The notes beneath the pieces are model-generated. The model had not been told where the DNA came from. It did not search any database and saw only the letters and a program-made list of their open reading frames with translations. The position numbers and the translations under genes are program-made. A DNA stretch of 64,000 bases from Chiloscyllium plagiosum (lineage: Eukaryota), in contig NC_057719.1 in NCBI RefSeq assembly GCF_004010195.1, positions 16,042,515-16,106,514 on the forward strand, given 5' to 3'. Shown here in pieces: positions 1 through 13,769 of this stretch; the first letter of the stretch is position 1, and each line of letters opens with the position of its first letter.

Positions 1-301
1 TTACATTTGATGTTAACACATTCCGAGCATGTAAGAGACTTAAATATACACTCTGGTTAGTTGTAGGTTAGATTAGTAGATAGTTGAGTTTTGTCTGTTT
101 GTTTTTTTTTGTTGTTTTTTTTCTTTTGGGTTTTTTTTTTGTTGTTGTTTTGTTTTGTTTTGTTTTTTTTTGTTGTCAAATTTTGGCTATTGTATATTTG
201 AGCTAATTGTATATCAATGTTTATATCTGAGAGTTTTGTTTATTTTTGTAAACTTGTAAAAATGTTAAATTTCTAATAAAAATATCTATAAAAAAAAAAA
301 A
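1..301 (+). mobile_element. 3' end of an L1-like LINE (T-rich 3' UTR, polyA signal, polyA tail)
   Basis: T-rich tract, AATAAA at 275-280, A-run at 290-301. No coding part lies in the window. Confidence 0.5.
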
Positions 302-1315
302 GACCCCAGATGTAGAAAAAAGGTTCTAATGAGGAAAACCCTAATTATAATCTAAACAGTAAGGAATTGTTTAACTCTGCACAGACCCTTTAAAAATTTG
401 ATATCAAATCAAGATTAGCTAACTAGCCTGAATCAAATGTCAAATCAAACACCTTGCCATCTGTAGGGTCAGAGTATTTATCCATTATTTAATGAGAGTG
501 TGCCGCCAGGTTGATATCTATGGCCATGTGTTTAAAACACCATTCATTCTTTTCAGATGCTTATTTTGTTTTTGTGATAATACATTCAAGATCATTGCAA
601 GGTCAAAGTCAGAAAACAATAGTGACATAGTTTAAAATAAAGTTGATAAAAAATGCAAAAAACCTTCATATAAAGCATATCTAATAAACTTTGATGTAAA
701 ACTGGTGATAACTTTGTGTAATGTTGCTTTTCAGTTCCACCAAAGGCTACAGTGAATCCTGCTTGAGTAAGATCAGCAGGTGATGTCAATAGTGAACTTT
801 CATATCTCACTGTAAAATGCTGTTTCCTCCCTGCAAACTCAATAAAATGTACCTAAGGTAATGTCCTTATTTAAATCTTGTACAATGCGTCATTGCTCAA
901 TGCAGTGAGTCAACGAAGGATATGTGTTTGATGTCATTGCAGTCAACACCATTGCCATCTAGTGCTCTTCTTTAGATAATTAAACTCACTCTGCTGAAAA
1001 ACATTGTTGAGAATGAATTAAAATCTGCTGATATTGTTCCTGAATTGATCCACCCTCAGTCTAATTTGAACTCAAACCTAAAGAGATCAATGTTAGAAGG
1101 GATAAAAACCACTGCAGAGAGAATGAAAGGCTCCAGTAAGACTTTCGCAGGCAGAGGGATAAGGTTCCACCTCATCTGAAAATGTTGGATGGGTCAGATT
1201 CCACTGATGAACCCTTCATATTTCTTGAACTAAATGGTGCACGATGGTATCATGTAAGGTTTGGTCTTCTACCATCTGCTACAGACAGTATGTCATGACA
1301 GGACATGATTTGGAG

Positions 1316-1637
1316 ATTAGATTAGACTCCCTACATTATGGAAACAGTCCCTTCGGCCCAACAAGTCCACACTGACCCTCTGAAGAGTAACCCACCCAGA
1401 CTCATTTCCCTACCTTATGTTTACCCCCTGACTAATGCACTTTAATACTATGGGCAATTTAGCATAACCAATTCATCTGGCCTGCACATCTTTGGATTGG
1501 AGGAAACAGGAGGAAACCCACGCAAAAACAGGGAGAATGTGCAAACTCCACACAGGCATTTGCCCGAGGCAGGATTCGAACCTGGGTCCCTGGTGCTGTG
1601 AGGCAACAGTGCTAACCACTGAGCCACTGTGCTGCCC
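1316..1637 (-). mobile_element. HE1/V-type tRNA-derived SINE
   Basis: Minus strand starts GGGCAGCACAGTGGCTCAGTGG (A box) ... GGTTCGAATCC (B box), has the core TGTGTGGAGTTTGCACATTCTCCC and a CR1-like tail ending in TCTAA repeats. Many homologous copies occur in the window. Confidence 0.9.
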
Positions 1638-1658
1638 TTGATGCCACTGCCACCCCTT

Positions 1659-1748
1659 CAACCACCTGATGTAGGAGCAGCACTCCGAAAGCTAGTACTT
1701 TCAATTAAACCTGTTGGACTATAACCTGGTGTTGTGTGATTTTTAACT
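1659..1748 (+). mobile_element. PLE-derived short repeat with degenerate hammerhead motif
   Basis: CAC-CTGATGT-A-GGAG-CAGCA-CTCC-GAAAGCTA-GTA at 1663-1697; the last core base is T rather than A. Confidence 0.55.
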
Positions 1749-2481
1749 ATGAGTGGACATATGAGTAATAATATAGTTGCAACATTATGTGACATTGTAT
1801 GTTTACACAATGAGAAATTTATACTTACATTTCTCTACTCAGTGAAAATGTGTCAATAGTGTTTGAGCACAGAGAAAATAGCAGTTAAAGAATTGTAATT
1901 TTGACCTTCTTGATTCAGAAGGCAATCACTGCTTTCATAAATTGAATGCTCTTCAGGTTATTGATCCATCCACCGGCTGCTGAAATGTATCGCATTAAAG
2001 ATAGGCTCTTCAAATTCTGATTAAAAAAAAACCTTTCTTGCAATTTTTTTTGGATGGCGAACTACAGGAAAGGTGTGTGTGTGTCTCTCTCTCTCTCCAT
2101 TACAAAATTTGGACTGATGAGTCATTCTTGGAAACAGCATTCAATGCCATTGAAAAATGACCCATGCATGAATACTGTCTCATTATTGATAAAGTAAGGA
2201 GTGGGCCATAAGATCATTCAAATCTAACAATCAAATATTAGTTGGAGTGCACTTCCTTCATTACATTGATCAAGACTTTGATACATGGAATAATTATAAC
2301 CTTTTTCAATCCTTTTGATCCAGACTGTCTGAACACAAGCTTCAAAAGCTTTTTAAAAATCTAGTCACACACAGCGAACTTTGATGATTCATTATATCCT
2401 GGTAACAGTGAAATTTATCAAAGCATTTGATAGGAGTGCAACCAGACGAAAATACCCAGACAAACAAGTAACAGAACAATT

Positions 2482-2575
2482 GTTCTGAGGAAGGGTCATG
2501 AACCTGAAAGTTTAACTTCCTTTCTCCATTTAGGCTGCTAGACCTTCCTGATCTGTCCAATATTTTCTGCTTTTA
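2482..2575 (+). mobile_element. PLE-derived short repeat with degenerate hammerhead motif
   Basis: GTT-CTGAGGA-AGGGTCATGAACCT-GAAAGTTT-AAC, followed by the family tail (GCTGCTAGACCT...TTTTCTGCTTTTA). Confidence 0.55.
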
Positions 2576-4243
2576 TCTGCTAAGTAGCTCTCCCTGGATT
2601 TTCTGATGACCAGATAGTTGTTACTGAACAGTAGACAGGAGTTGTGCATGGAGACCCTACAGAATCTGCAATGTAGCCGGCTTCAAAGGAATTTCCCAGA
2701 GAGTTGAGGATTCTGCTGGGCAATTCCTCCATACCTGAAACCCTCTGAAAGTCTCCATTTAGACTGGAGAATTCAGGTGTTCTGCTGCAGTTACTTAAAC
2801 AATTACTCAGGAAAGTTTATACAATTAAAAGCCTAGCCTAAATTTTGAGTATTTTTTCAACTGACCCCTTCCAACATAATACATACTCACCCCTTACATC
2901 CTTCAGACCCTGAACAACACCCACTGCCCCAGAACCCAACTCTCTTCCCCACTGCTGAACCCAACCCTCCACTTGTCCCCATTTTAAACTTGCCCCCTTC
3001 TACCCCAACAGGATCTTATAGTCCCCAGGACCCTACACATTCCTCCATTCAAGACCCAAAAATGACCCCACTGCACCTCCCAGTCCTCCAGGGAGCAGAC
3101 ACACCACCCCAGGCCCAAACTCACACACTGCACCCACACTACTCCTGCAGGATCTGATATCTCCTACTCAATCCCAGCCTACCCTACGTATACATGACTT
3201 CCTGCTCCCTGCACCCTTGAACCCTGGGACGCCACTCACCTGGCAACCCACTTTTCTTAACCTCTTACCAGCCTGGCACTCTAATTAACTTAGTACCCTA
3301 CTCCTGTAACCACATGGCAACCTATCCTCCCAGCACTTTTCCCTCGCACATATCCTATCATTTACTTAATCTTTCAGAAGGGCTGTTAAAGTGGAACTTT
3401 ATATTTCAGAACACGACAACCAACTGGCGTGAGAAAGTGATTGCACGGTTTTCCTTCCCCCCCCATCCGTTCTGCACTCTGAGAGAAAGGTCAGAATTGA
3501 AAAATGTCTCCGTATTTCCGAAGGAGCCCTGATCACAATTTCCTGTCGGAGATATGGAGCATTTTCTTTCTACAAAAATAAGAAGTGGAGTGGCAAACTA
3601 TGTGACACTGTCACTCCTAATCTTGTTTGATGCTTGGGAATATCACTTCATGTAGATTGGAGAATTCAGGTGTTCTTCTGAAGTTACTTAAACAATTACT
3701 CAGGAAAGCTTATACAATTAAAAGCCTAGGCTGTAGGAATTCCATTATTTTTGAGTAGTAACAGTAATTTTTCCAAAACTTTCCTATGCCACATCGGTCA
3801 GGAAAACCCAGTAATGTAACAGATTGAACCAGGTTAACAGTCCCAGTTAGGGAATTTGTATTCTATGAAGTCTAGCTGGCTAATCTCGTTACAATCACTA
3901 CGTCCCTCCCCCATTGAGTCTGAGAACATAGGTTGGTCTGTTTTCTTGGAGAACCTCTGGGGATGTTTAGCACTGGGTCAGGTTCCTCTGACTCGCATTT
4001 GACATAGGGAGTGTATAATACATGGGAGTTTGCCTCTTATGCCAGGATTGCCTTGGTTGAAATTCAGTCTCTCCCTCTAGCAAAGGTGTCGATGATGCCT
4101 ACATCTATCATGTCCATCTCAGATTCAGAAGTGGCATCAACACTTGATGGAGAGAGTGAACCCATGGGTTCCCGTAGCCTTTCCAACTGTTACGAGGAAT
4201 AGGACATGCTTTGCTGCCGCACTGTTTGCGAGTTTCCGGCTTT

Positions 4244-5437
4244 CATAGAACATAGAAAATAGAACAGTGCAGCACAATACAGGCCCTTCGGCCTTTGATG
4301 TTATACCGTCCTTTCAACCTACTCTAACATCAGACTACCGTACATATCCTTCATTGTACTATCTTCCATCTGCCTATCCAAGAGTCATTTAAATGTCCCT
4401 AATGTATCTGACTTGACTACCACTCCCGGCAGTGCATTCCACGCATTCACCACTCTCGGTGTAAAGAACCTAGCTCTGACATCTCCCCTAAACCTCCCTC
4501 CAATCACCTTAAAATTATGCTCCCTTGTGATAAACATTTCCACCCTGGGAAAAAGCCTTTGACTAACCACCCTATCTATGCCTCTTATCATCTTTTTCAC
4601 TTCTATCAAGTCACCTCTCATCCTTCTTCGCTCCATGCCCTCCAGTCCAGACAGTATCCTGGTAAATCTCCTCCGTACCTTCTCTAAAGCTTCCACATCT
4701 TTCCTATAATGAGGCAACCAGAACTGAACACAATATTCCAAGTGTGGTCTTACCAAGGCTCTTTGGAGCTGCAGCATAACCTCACGGCTCTTAAACTCAA
4801 TTCCCCGCTAATGAAAGCCATCATGTCATATACCTTCTTAACATTGCTATCAACCTGGGTGGCAAATTTGAGAGATCTATGAACATGAACTCCAAGATCC
4901 GTCTGTTCCTCCACACTGCCAAGAACCCTGCCTTTAACCCTGTATTCTGCATTCAAATTTGACCTTCCAATGTGAATAACTTCACACTTTTCCAGGTTGA
5001 ACTCCATCTGCCACTTAACAGCCCAGTTCTGCATCCTGTCAATGGCCTGTTGGAACATAAAACAGCCCTCCACACTATCCACAACTCCACCAACCTTTGT
5101 GTCATCGGCAAACTTACTATCCCACCCTTCCACTTCCTTATCCAAGTCATTTATAAAAATCACAAAGAGTAGAGGTCCTAGAATTGATCCCTGCAGAACA
5201 CCACTGGTCACCAAGCTCCAGGCTGAACACTTTCCATCTACCACCATCCTCTGTCTTCTATGGGCTAGCCAATTCTGTATTCAGACAGCCAGATTTCCCT
5301 GTATGCCATGCCTCCTTACTTTCTGAATGAGCTACCATGGGGAACCTTATCAAATGCCTTGCTCAAATCCATATATACAACATCCACTGCTCTACCTTCA
5401 TCAATGTGTTTTGTCACATCCTCAAAGAATTCAATAA
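4244..5437 (-). mobile_element. 5'-truncated CR1 LINE nested in Gypsy
   Basis: RT motifs SGVLQGSILGPLLFVIFINDL and SKFADDTK, plus RPHLEYCVQFW; TTCTATG-type tail; candidate TSD TTCATA at 4242-4247 and 5438-5443. Confidence 0.92.
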
Positions 5438-7147
5438 TTCATATGGTCCATATGTTTGTTTAGGACCATTGCATCTATCCAAATGCTATACGTCTCTGGT
5501 CCTGACCTCACATCGACTATGTTTCTTAAAGGCCATTTCCATTGTTCTTACATCAGACATCATCCCCTGTATCAAACAGTCTCTCTTGTTTGGCAAAGTC
5601 TTGGGTCTGGCACTGGCATTTCTAATGGTGTTTAATCTTCCCATTCAGGTCTGGGAAGATTACATTTAACCTGGTGCAGAGTGTTCTACCTATTGGTAAC
5701 TAGAGAGATAGCACTGGCAGAGTTGCACATGGCGTGGTCCTAGAATCAAATAAGAACCATGAAATCTTGATTTCTAGTGAGGCTGTCGGTTGCTTCTTCA
5801 AACCAAACGTCAAACTTTGGACTGCTCTTTCTGCCAGGCTATTGGATGTTACAGAGCTGCCTTATATGTTGAATCTCATTCAACTTTAGGAAATACCAAA
5901 ATTCCCTGCTGGCAAACGTTGACCAGTTATCTGTGACCAACACTTCTGGGAGCCCATGTATTGCACACAGTTTTTTTATTGGCATCCCACGTTTGATGAA
6001 TGGACTCTATGCACTTCCAGCCACTTTGAATGGGCATTAACAATGACTAAGAACGTTGAGCCAATGAAAAGACCAGCATAGTCAACATTTCACCAAGTTC
6101 AAGGTTTATCTGGTCATTTCCAAGGATGTGGGGGAAGCTGCTGGCGATAATTTCTGTCCTTGTTGGCACTCTGGGTCCTGCCCCACCTATACAACTATGT
6201 CTATTTTCAATCCTCGCCACCAGACATAACTTCTCACCAGCATTTTCAATTTGGAGACCCCTGGATGACCCTGGTGGAGTTCAGCTGGTATCTGCTGGTG
6301 ACATTGCTCAGGACAATCACTCTTGCTTCCCATAACAATATGCTGTCCCCAATATTGTGCTGGTCTCTCTGGGTCCAAAAAAAGGTTTCAATTCTGGTTG
6401 TGACAGCCCTATAGTTTCCCCTATTACCACCAGTTATTTCAGCTTTGAAAGGGCTAGATCTTTCTGTGTCCAAAGTCTGATATTGTTAGCTGTGACTGGA
6501 AGTGTGTCCAGAAAATGTAAAATATTACAGACTCTTCCATTGATAGTACCATCGGTGGTGTATGCATCTGCATTCACTACTTGGCCTTCTGTACAATGTT
6601 CTAACTTGTATAGTAGGCACTTAGTATGAGAGTCCTCCACTGAATTCAACCTGAAGCTAGGGATTGCACTGTCTTGTCCTCTTTAAGCAGACCTATTAGG
6701 GCTTTGAGGTCCACTATTACCACAAATTTTCATCCATAAAGGTATTAGTGAAACTTCCTGACTGCCAAGCTTTCTTTCTCTATCTATGAGTATTTACACT
6801 CTTCATTAGCCAAAGTACTCGATGCATATGCTACAGGGTGTTCCTCTCAACTGGGCTACCTATGAGCTAATATACCCCAATGCTGTATGGGGAGGCATTG
6901 CAGGTCAATCTCAGATCACGCTTGGGATCATAATGTACCAACACCTTAGAGGATGATAGCAGTTCTTCACTTCACTGCAAGCTATGACTTGGCTACGCAA
7001 CTATTTCCAAGGCTGACCCTTTTTTAAGAAGTTGATACAAAGATGCAGGATGGAGGCCAGGTTATGTATAAATTTTCTGTAATAATTTAACAAGCCAAGA
7101 AATGACCTGAGCTCCTGGATAGGATTGGGAGCCAGGGCTCCCTTCGT

Positions 7148-7850
7148 GTCATAGAGACATGGAGATGTATAGGACAGCAACAGACCCTTTGATCCAACTT
7201 GTCCATGTTGACCAGATATCCTAACCTAATCTAGTCCCATTTGCCAGCACTTGGCCCATATTCCTCTAAACCCTTCCTATTCATATACCCATCTACGTGC
7301 CTTTTAAATGTTGTAATTGTACCAGCCTCCACCACTTCCTCTGGCAGCTCATTCCATAACGCACCACACTATGCCTAAAAACGTTGCCCCTTAGGTCCAT
7401 TTTAACTTTTTCCCCTCTCACCCTAAACCTATGCCCTCTATTTCTGGACTCCCCCACCCCAAGGAAAAGGCTTTGTCTATTTACCAAATCCATGCCCCTC
7501 ATGATCTTATAAACTTCCATAAGCTGTATAAGATCACCACCCAGCCTGTGATGCTGCAGGGAAAACAGCCTCTCTTTCTATAGCTCAACTCCTCCAACCC
7601 TGGCAACATTCATTTAAATCTTTTCAGAACCCTTCCAAATTTCACAACGTCCTTCCAATAGGAAGGAGACCACAATTGCATGCAATATTCCAAAAGTGGC
7701 CTAACCAATGTCCTGTACAGCCATAACATGACCTCCCAACTCTCATATACAATGCTCTGACCAATAAAGGAAAACATACCAAACACCTTCTTCACTATTC
7801 TATCTACCTGCAACTCCACTTTTAAGGAACAATGAACCTGCACTGCAAGA
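7148..7850 (-). mobile_element. 5'-truncated CR1 (HER1-like) LINE
   Basis: C-terminal ORF2 motifs LYRTLVRPLLEYCMQLWSP and EVYKIMRG; CTATGAC tail. Confidence 0.92.
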
Positions 7851-10567
7851 TAGAGTCATAGAGTCATAGAGATGTACAGCATGGAAACAGACCCTTCGGT
7901 CCAACCGTCCATGCTGACCAGATATTCCAACCCAATCTAGCCCCACCTGCCAGCACCCGGCCCATATCCCTCCAAACCCTTCCTATTCATATACCCATCC
8001 AAATGCCTCTTAAATGTTGCAGTTGTACCAGCCTCCACCACATCCTCTGGCAGCTCATTCCATACACGTACCACCCTCTGCGTGAAAAAGTTGCCCCTTA
8101 GGTCTCTTTTATATTTTTCCCCTCTCACTCTAAACTTATGCCCTCTAGTTCTGGACTTCCCAACCCCAGGGAAAAGACTTTCTCTATTTATCCTATCCAT
8201 GCCCCTCATAATTTTGTAAACCTCTATAACCTCAGCCTCCAACGCTCCAGGGAAAACAGCCCCAGCCTGTTCAGCCTCTCCCTGTAGCTCAGATTCTCCA
8301 ACCCTGGCAACATCCTTGTAAATCTTTTCTGAACGCTTTCATGTTTCACAACATCTTTCCGATAGGAAGGAGACCAGAATTGCACGCTATATTCCAACCA
8401 ATGTCCTGTACAGCCGCAACATGAGCTCCCAATTCCTGTACTCAATACTCCGACCAATAGAAGAAAGCATACCAAATGCCTTCTTCACTATCCTATCTAA
8501 CTGCGACTCCACTTTCAAGGAGCTATGAACCTGCACTCCAAGGTCTCTTTGTTCAGCAACACTCTCTAGGACCTTACCATTAAGTATATAAATCCTGCTA
8601 AGATTTGCTTTCCCAAAATGCAGCACCTCACATTTATCTGAATTAAACTTCATCTGCCACTCCTCAGCCCATTGGCCCATCTGATCAAGATCCTGTTATA
8701 CTCTGAGGTAACCTTCTTCGCTGTCCACCATGCCTCCAACTTTGGTGCCATCTGCAAACTTACTTACTATACCTCTTATGCTCACATCCAAATCATTTAT
8801 ATAAATGACGAAAAGTAGTGAACCCAGCACCGATCCTTGTGGCACTCCACTGGTCACAGGCCTCCAGTCTGAAAAACAACCCTCCACCACCACTCTCTGT
8901 CTTCTACCTTTGAGCCAGTTTTGTATCCAAATGGCTAGTTCTCCCTGTATTCTATGAGATCTAACCTTGCTAACTAGTCTCCTATGGGGAACCTTGTCAA
9001 ATGTCTTACTGAAGTCCATATAGATCACATCTACTGCTCTGCCCTCATCAATCCTCTTTGCTACTTCTTCAAAAAACTCAATCAAGTTCATGAGACATGA
9101 TTTCCCATGCACAAAGCCATGCTGACTATCCCTAATCAGTCACTGCCTTTACAAATACATGGAAATTCTGTGGCTCAGGATTCCCTCGAACAACTTGCGC
9201 ACCATCAATACCAGACTCACTGGTCCAAAGTTCCCTGGCTTGTTTTTACCACCTTTCTTAAATAGTGGCATCACGTTAACCAACCTCCAGTCTTCCAGCA
9301 CCTCACCTGTGACTATTGATGATACAAATATCAGGTACACCTGATCAGGTCCTGGGGATTTAACGACTTTTCCGCATTTTAAGACATCCAGCACCTCCTC
9401 CTCTGTAATATGGACATTTTTCAAGATGTCACCATCTATTTCCCCACATTCTATATCTTCCATGCCCTTCTCCACAGTTAACACTATGTAAAATACTCTT
9501 TTAATATCTCCCCCATCTCCTGCGGCTCCACACATAAACTGCCTTCCTCGTGTTTGAGGGACCCTATTCTCTCCCTGGTTACCCTTTTGTCCTTAATGTA
9601 TTTGTAAAAGCTCTCTGGATTATCCTTAACCCTATTTGCCGAAGCTATCTCATGTCCCCTTTTAGTCCTCCTGATTTCCCTCTTAAGTATACTTCTACTG
9701 CCTTTATACTCTAAGGATTCACTCGATCTCTGCTGTCTATACCTGACATATGCTTCCTTGTTTTTCTTAACCAAAACCGCAATTTCTTTAGTCATCCAGA
9801 ATTCCCTACACCTATCAGTCTTTCCTTTCACCCTAATAGGAATATACTGTTTCTGGACTCTCGTTATCTCATTTTTAACGACTTCCCATTTTTCAGCTGT
9901 CCCTTTACCTGTGAACAGGTAATGCTGTAATCACCTGCCCCATCAGCTTTTGTAAGTTCTTGCCGAATACCATCCAATTTAGCCTTCCTCCAATTTAGAA
10001 CTACAACTGTTAGATCTGGTCTATCCTTTTCCATCACTATTTTAAAACTAATAGAATTATGGTCGCTGGCCCGAAAGTGCTCCCCCACTGACACCTCAGT
10101 CACCTGCCCTGCCTTATTTCCCAAGAGTAGTTCAAGTTTTGCACCTTCTCTAGTAGGTACATCCACATACTGAATCAGAAAATGTTCTTGTACACACTTA
10201 ACAAATTCCTGTCCATCTAAACAGTTAACACTATGACAGTCCCAGTCGATATTTGGAAAGTTAAAATCCCCTAACATAACCACCCTATTATTCTTACAGA
10301 TAACTGAAATCTCCTTACAAATTTGGTACTCAATTCCTGCTAACTATTAGGGGGTCGACAATACATTCCCAATAAAGTGATCATCCCTTTCTTATTTTTC
10401 AGTTCCACCTAAATAACTTCACTGGATGTATTCCCAGGAATATCTTCCCTAAGTACAGCAGTATGCTATCCCTTATCAACCACCCACCCCCCACACCCCC
10501 ACCTCCTCTCTTGTGTCCCTTTCTATTCTTCCTATCGCATTTGTATCCTGAAATGTTAAGCTGCCAG
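7851..10567 (-). mobile_element. CR1 (HER1-like) LINE, most of ORF2, disrupted
   Basis: APE motifs GDFNFPNIDW and SDH; RT motifs [26 protein letters not shown]; (CTATGACT)n tail at 7851-7870. Confidence 0.95.
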
Positions 10568-11102
10568 TTGATCGTCTTCATTTTACCTTCTCCAAGTCGG
10601 TCACCTAGTGGACCTGGAACATCTGTTTTTCCCTTCTTAGGCATATGGCTGCCTTGGAAAACATCTGAGGACCGTGTCTAAGTTCTCTAAGTGCTCCTTA
10701 TTAGTCTTCTATGTAATTAGCAGGACACCTAAATAAATTGTGACCTGAGGTAGACCTTGCAAAATATTCTCCATCTTCCGTTAAAAACTTGAGCAGGCTG
10801 ATGATACCCCAAATGGCAGTATCGTATATTTGTACAAGCTCTTATGGATATTAATCGTATCATACCTCCGAGAATCTCATCTAAATGCAAATCCAAGTAA
10901 ATGTGGCTCATGTCTAGCTTTGTGAAGGACAGCCACCCTGCCAGCCCTGCGTATAATCCTCTATCTAAGACATTGGGTACATTTCCAGCTGCAAAAAGTG
11001 GTTTACTGTTTGTTTAAAACACAAAGGCAAACCGAACTGTCAGACTTCAAAATCAGTATGACTGATGCTGCCCATTCTGGAACTTGGGCTGGTTTGATGA
11101 TT

Positions 11103-11495
11103 AGTGAGCTTTGAGAAGATTTGTAGCTGAAGTTGAGGTTCTGGATGTAGGTTTGCTCGCTGAGCTGGAAGGTACATTTCCAGATGTTTCATCACCCTAC
11201 TGGGTAACATCGTCAGTGTGCCTCCGGGCAAAGCACTGCTGATGATTCCTGCTTTCTATTTATATGTTTGGGTTTCTTTGGGTTGGTGATGTCATTTCCT
11301 GTGGTGATGTCATTTCCTGTTCTTTTTCTCAGGGGCTGGTGGATGGGGTCTAACTTGATGAACCTATTGATAGAGTTCCAGTTGGAATGCCATGCTTCTA
11401 GGAATTCTCGTCCATGTTTCTGTTTGGCTTGTCCTAGGATGGATGTGTTGTCCCAGTCAAAGTGGTGTCGAGACACGCACGAGCAACACTACATC
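11103..11495 (-). mobile_element. Penelope-like element 3' fragment (Poseidon-type GIY-YIG C-terminus plus pLTR)
   Basis: HHFDWDNTSILGQAKQKHGREFLEAWHS; homologous to 25295-25785; flanked by CTGGTTT(G/A)ATGATT at 11089-11102 and 11496-11509. Confidence 0.85.
11181..11220 (-). ncRNA. Minimal type-I hammerhead ribozyme motif (CpG-decayed)
   Basis: CA-CTGACGA-T-GTTACCC-AGTA-GGGTGAT-GAAACATC-TG: core intact, 7-bp helix II, ACGT decayed to ACAT. Confidence 0.65.
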
Positions 11496-12502
11496 CTGGT
11501 TTAATGATTCCTTCACTTTCCAGCCTTCTGATTTCTGCCTCTACTTTTGCCCATAAGGCATATGGCATTTGGCAGGTCCTGCAGAATCATGGAATTGCTT
11601 CCTGGTCAACATGCGAGGTGGCCTTGGCTCATATGATAGTTCTTTGACATTACTGTAAAACGTCTGGGTATTTAAATAGGGCTTCACTCAGGCAGCCATT
11701 TTATAATCAAAAAATGTTGACCCAATTCAGAAGAATCTTTCTCAACCAATATCGCCCCATCAAAATTGGGATAAGCCTTTCAGTACAATGACTGGTAAAT
11801 GGGCCTAATTGCCTGGTTCCACACTGTAGAGATTCAATGATCCTATGATTCAATGGTGTAGGTTTTCAGTCTAGCTGAGGTCTTATGCCAACTTTATTGA
11901 AAAAATGTTATTGAAAACTGGTTCTGTCTGACACGGCCGCACCAGTATCGACCTCCATTCTAACCAGGTGACCATTTAACCAGATGATTATTTTGATTGG
12001 TTCTGATTTGGATGTTGCTAAGCAATTTAATGTCATAACCCAGATGCAGGTGGACTTTCTAAGACGTGAGCTATCCTGGATACCGGCCTATGAGCTCTTT
12101 TACTCTCTTTAGATCCAGTAGGATCCATTTGCTGTCTTGAATCCGCATGCTGGGCTTGCCTGCCCAGATCCTGAAGAAAATTTTAACTGTTTGATCGTGA
12201 CTTGGCTTTGTTTTGGGATTTTGCTGTGGGCCAACCTAGAGTCCCTCCAATCAGGAAATGCCTTAATTGAGTCTATGCAATCGGTGTTTTCCAGCTCAGT
12301 CAGACTGGCAAGACTGTCCACTTCCAACGGAATGCCCTGTAACTCATGTGCTCCACTTACCACGTTCTCCAATAATAAAGCAAGCTGTAATGCCTGTTTG
12401 AAGTCCAGTTGGGCTAACGAGTAGGCGTTTTGCATGGTTATGTCATTAATCCCATATATCAGCCAGTCTCTAAGCATCTCATTAAGGGATAAGCCAAAGT
12501 CG

Positions 12503-12951
12503 TGCCTGCCCCTCTTCCGCGGTTATGTTAGAGCCCGGGTGTCCTTGGAGAAGGAGCACGCGGTGTCGACCAACACCCTGGAGTTGTTCAGGAAGAGGTG
12601 GGCGCCGCAGGGAGTGGAGTGCATCATTTCTCCCTCCAATTCTATTTTGATTTTGTCCCTACCCTCCCCTTCACTGTTTTGATCACACAGCACTGCCCTT
12701 TGATGTGAAGGGCAGTGTTTGTCACTGGCCACCCGGGTGTTTTTCTATCTTCCTGGTGGTGGAAATTGAATAAAGATTGGTGCACTTTGTGTCTTTCACT
12801 GTGTCTCACACCTGCACACACACACCATGGGTGCTGGGGATAAAATAAGCACTACCGCACTTAGGTGGTAGTGTGGGGGTTAAAAAAGAAAGGGGAAAGG
12901 AAAAAAAAAAAAAAAATCCCCCCCCCGTCTCACTAGAAAAAAGAAAAAAAA
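12503..12951 (+). mobile_element. Short Tx1-clade LINE 3' copy with TSD and short 3' transduction
   Basis: ORF2 C-terminus CLPLFRGYVRARVSLEKEHAVST...; 3' UTR; two A-tails separated by TCCCCCCCCCGTCTCACTAG; TSD AAGCCAAAGTCG at 12491-12502 and 12952-12963. Confidence 0.9.
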
Positions 12952-13416
12952 AAGCCAAAGTCGCACATGCCTCTGCCAGTCGTCTTAACCCAGTCATAAA
13001 TCCCGACACTGATTTCCCAATCCTTGAACTGCCGAGTAAAACAACAGTGTCTCAGAATTAAAGGAGGCTTAGGGTTGGAATATTCTTTAACTAAATCTGT
13101 CAAGTTTTGAAAGGTGCTCATTGCTTGTCATCTGCACTAATTCATTTGCCCAGACAAAATAGTGCATTCTTCCCACATACTGGGCCCAATCTTCAATGGC
13201 AAGGTTGAATGAGTTAAGCTTCCTGAATAGTAGCATGATGCAAGAAATGCTTACCCCAACTCAAAGGCAAATGTTGCAAGCGAGTTTCTTCTGGAACATG
13301 CTTTACTCTTGTTGCCACTGAAATGACTCCACAGAAGCCAGTATCCCATCACCAAGCCACCATTTATTTTCACTTGTAAAGTTCTTGACTCTGGCACAGC
13401 CTCTTCAGAGTCAGAA

Positions 13417-13730
13417 TCTTAGAGTCCTTACCGAGTGGAAACATGCCCTTCGGCCCAACAAGCCCACACTGACCCTCCGAAGAGTATCCCACCCAAACCC
13501 ATTTCCCAACTTTTACCCCTGACTAATTCACCTAACCTACACATCTCTGAACACCACGGGCAATTTAGCATGGCCAATTCACCTAACCTGCACATCTTTG
13601 AATTGTGGGAGGAAACCCACACAGACATGGGAAAATGTGCAAACTCCAAACAGACAGTTGCCTGAGGCTGGAATCGAACCTGAGTCCCTGGCACTGTGAG
13701 GCAGCAGTGCTAACCACTGAGCCACCGTGC
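13417..13730 (-). mobile_element. HE1-type SINE in the Gypsy 5' LTR
   Basis: A and B boxes plus core; TSD AGTCAGAA at 13409-13416 and 13731-13738. Confidence 0.9.
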
Positions 13731-13769
13731 AGTCAGAACCCCAGAGTATCAGAATCTCTGACACTTCTC

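Noticed and set aside
976..1135. Plus-strand open exon-like segment (IIKLTLLKNIVENELKSAD...)
   Set aside because: No recognisable protein and no partner exons; chance is not excluded.
1829..2016. Minus-strand exon-like segment with strong splice signals
   Set aside because: Stops in all three frames and no recognisable homology.
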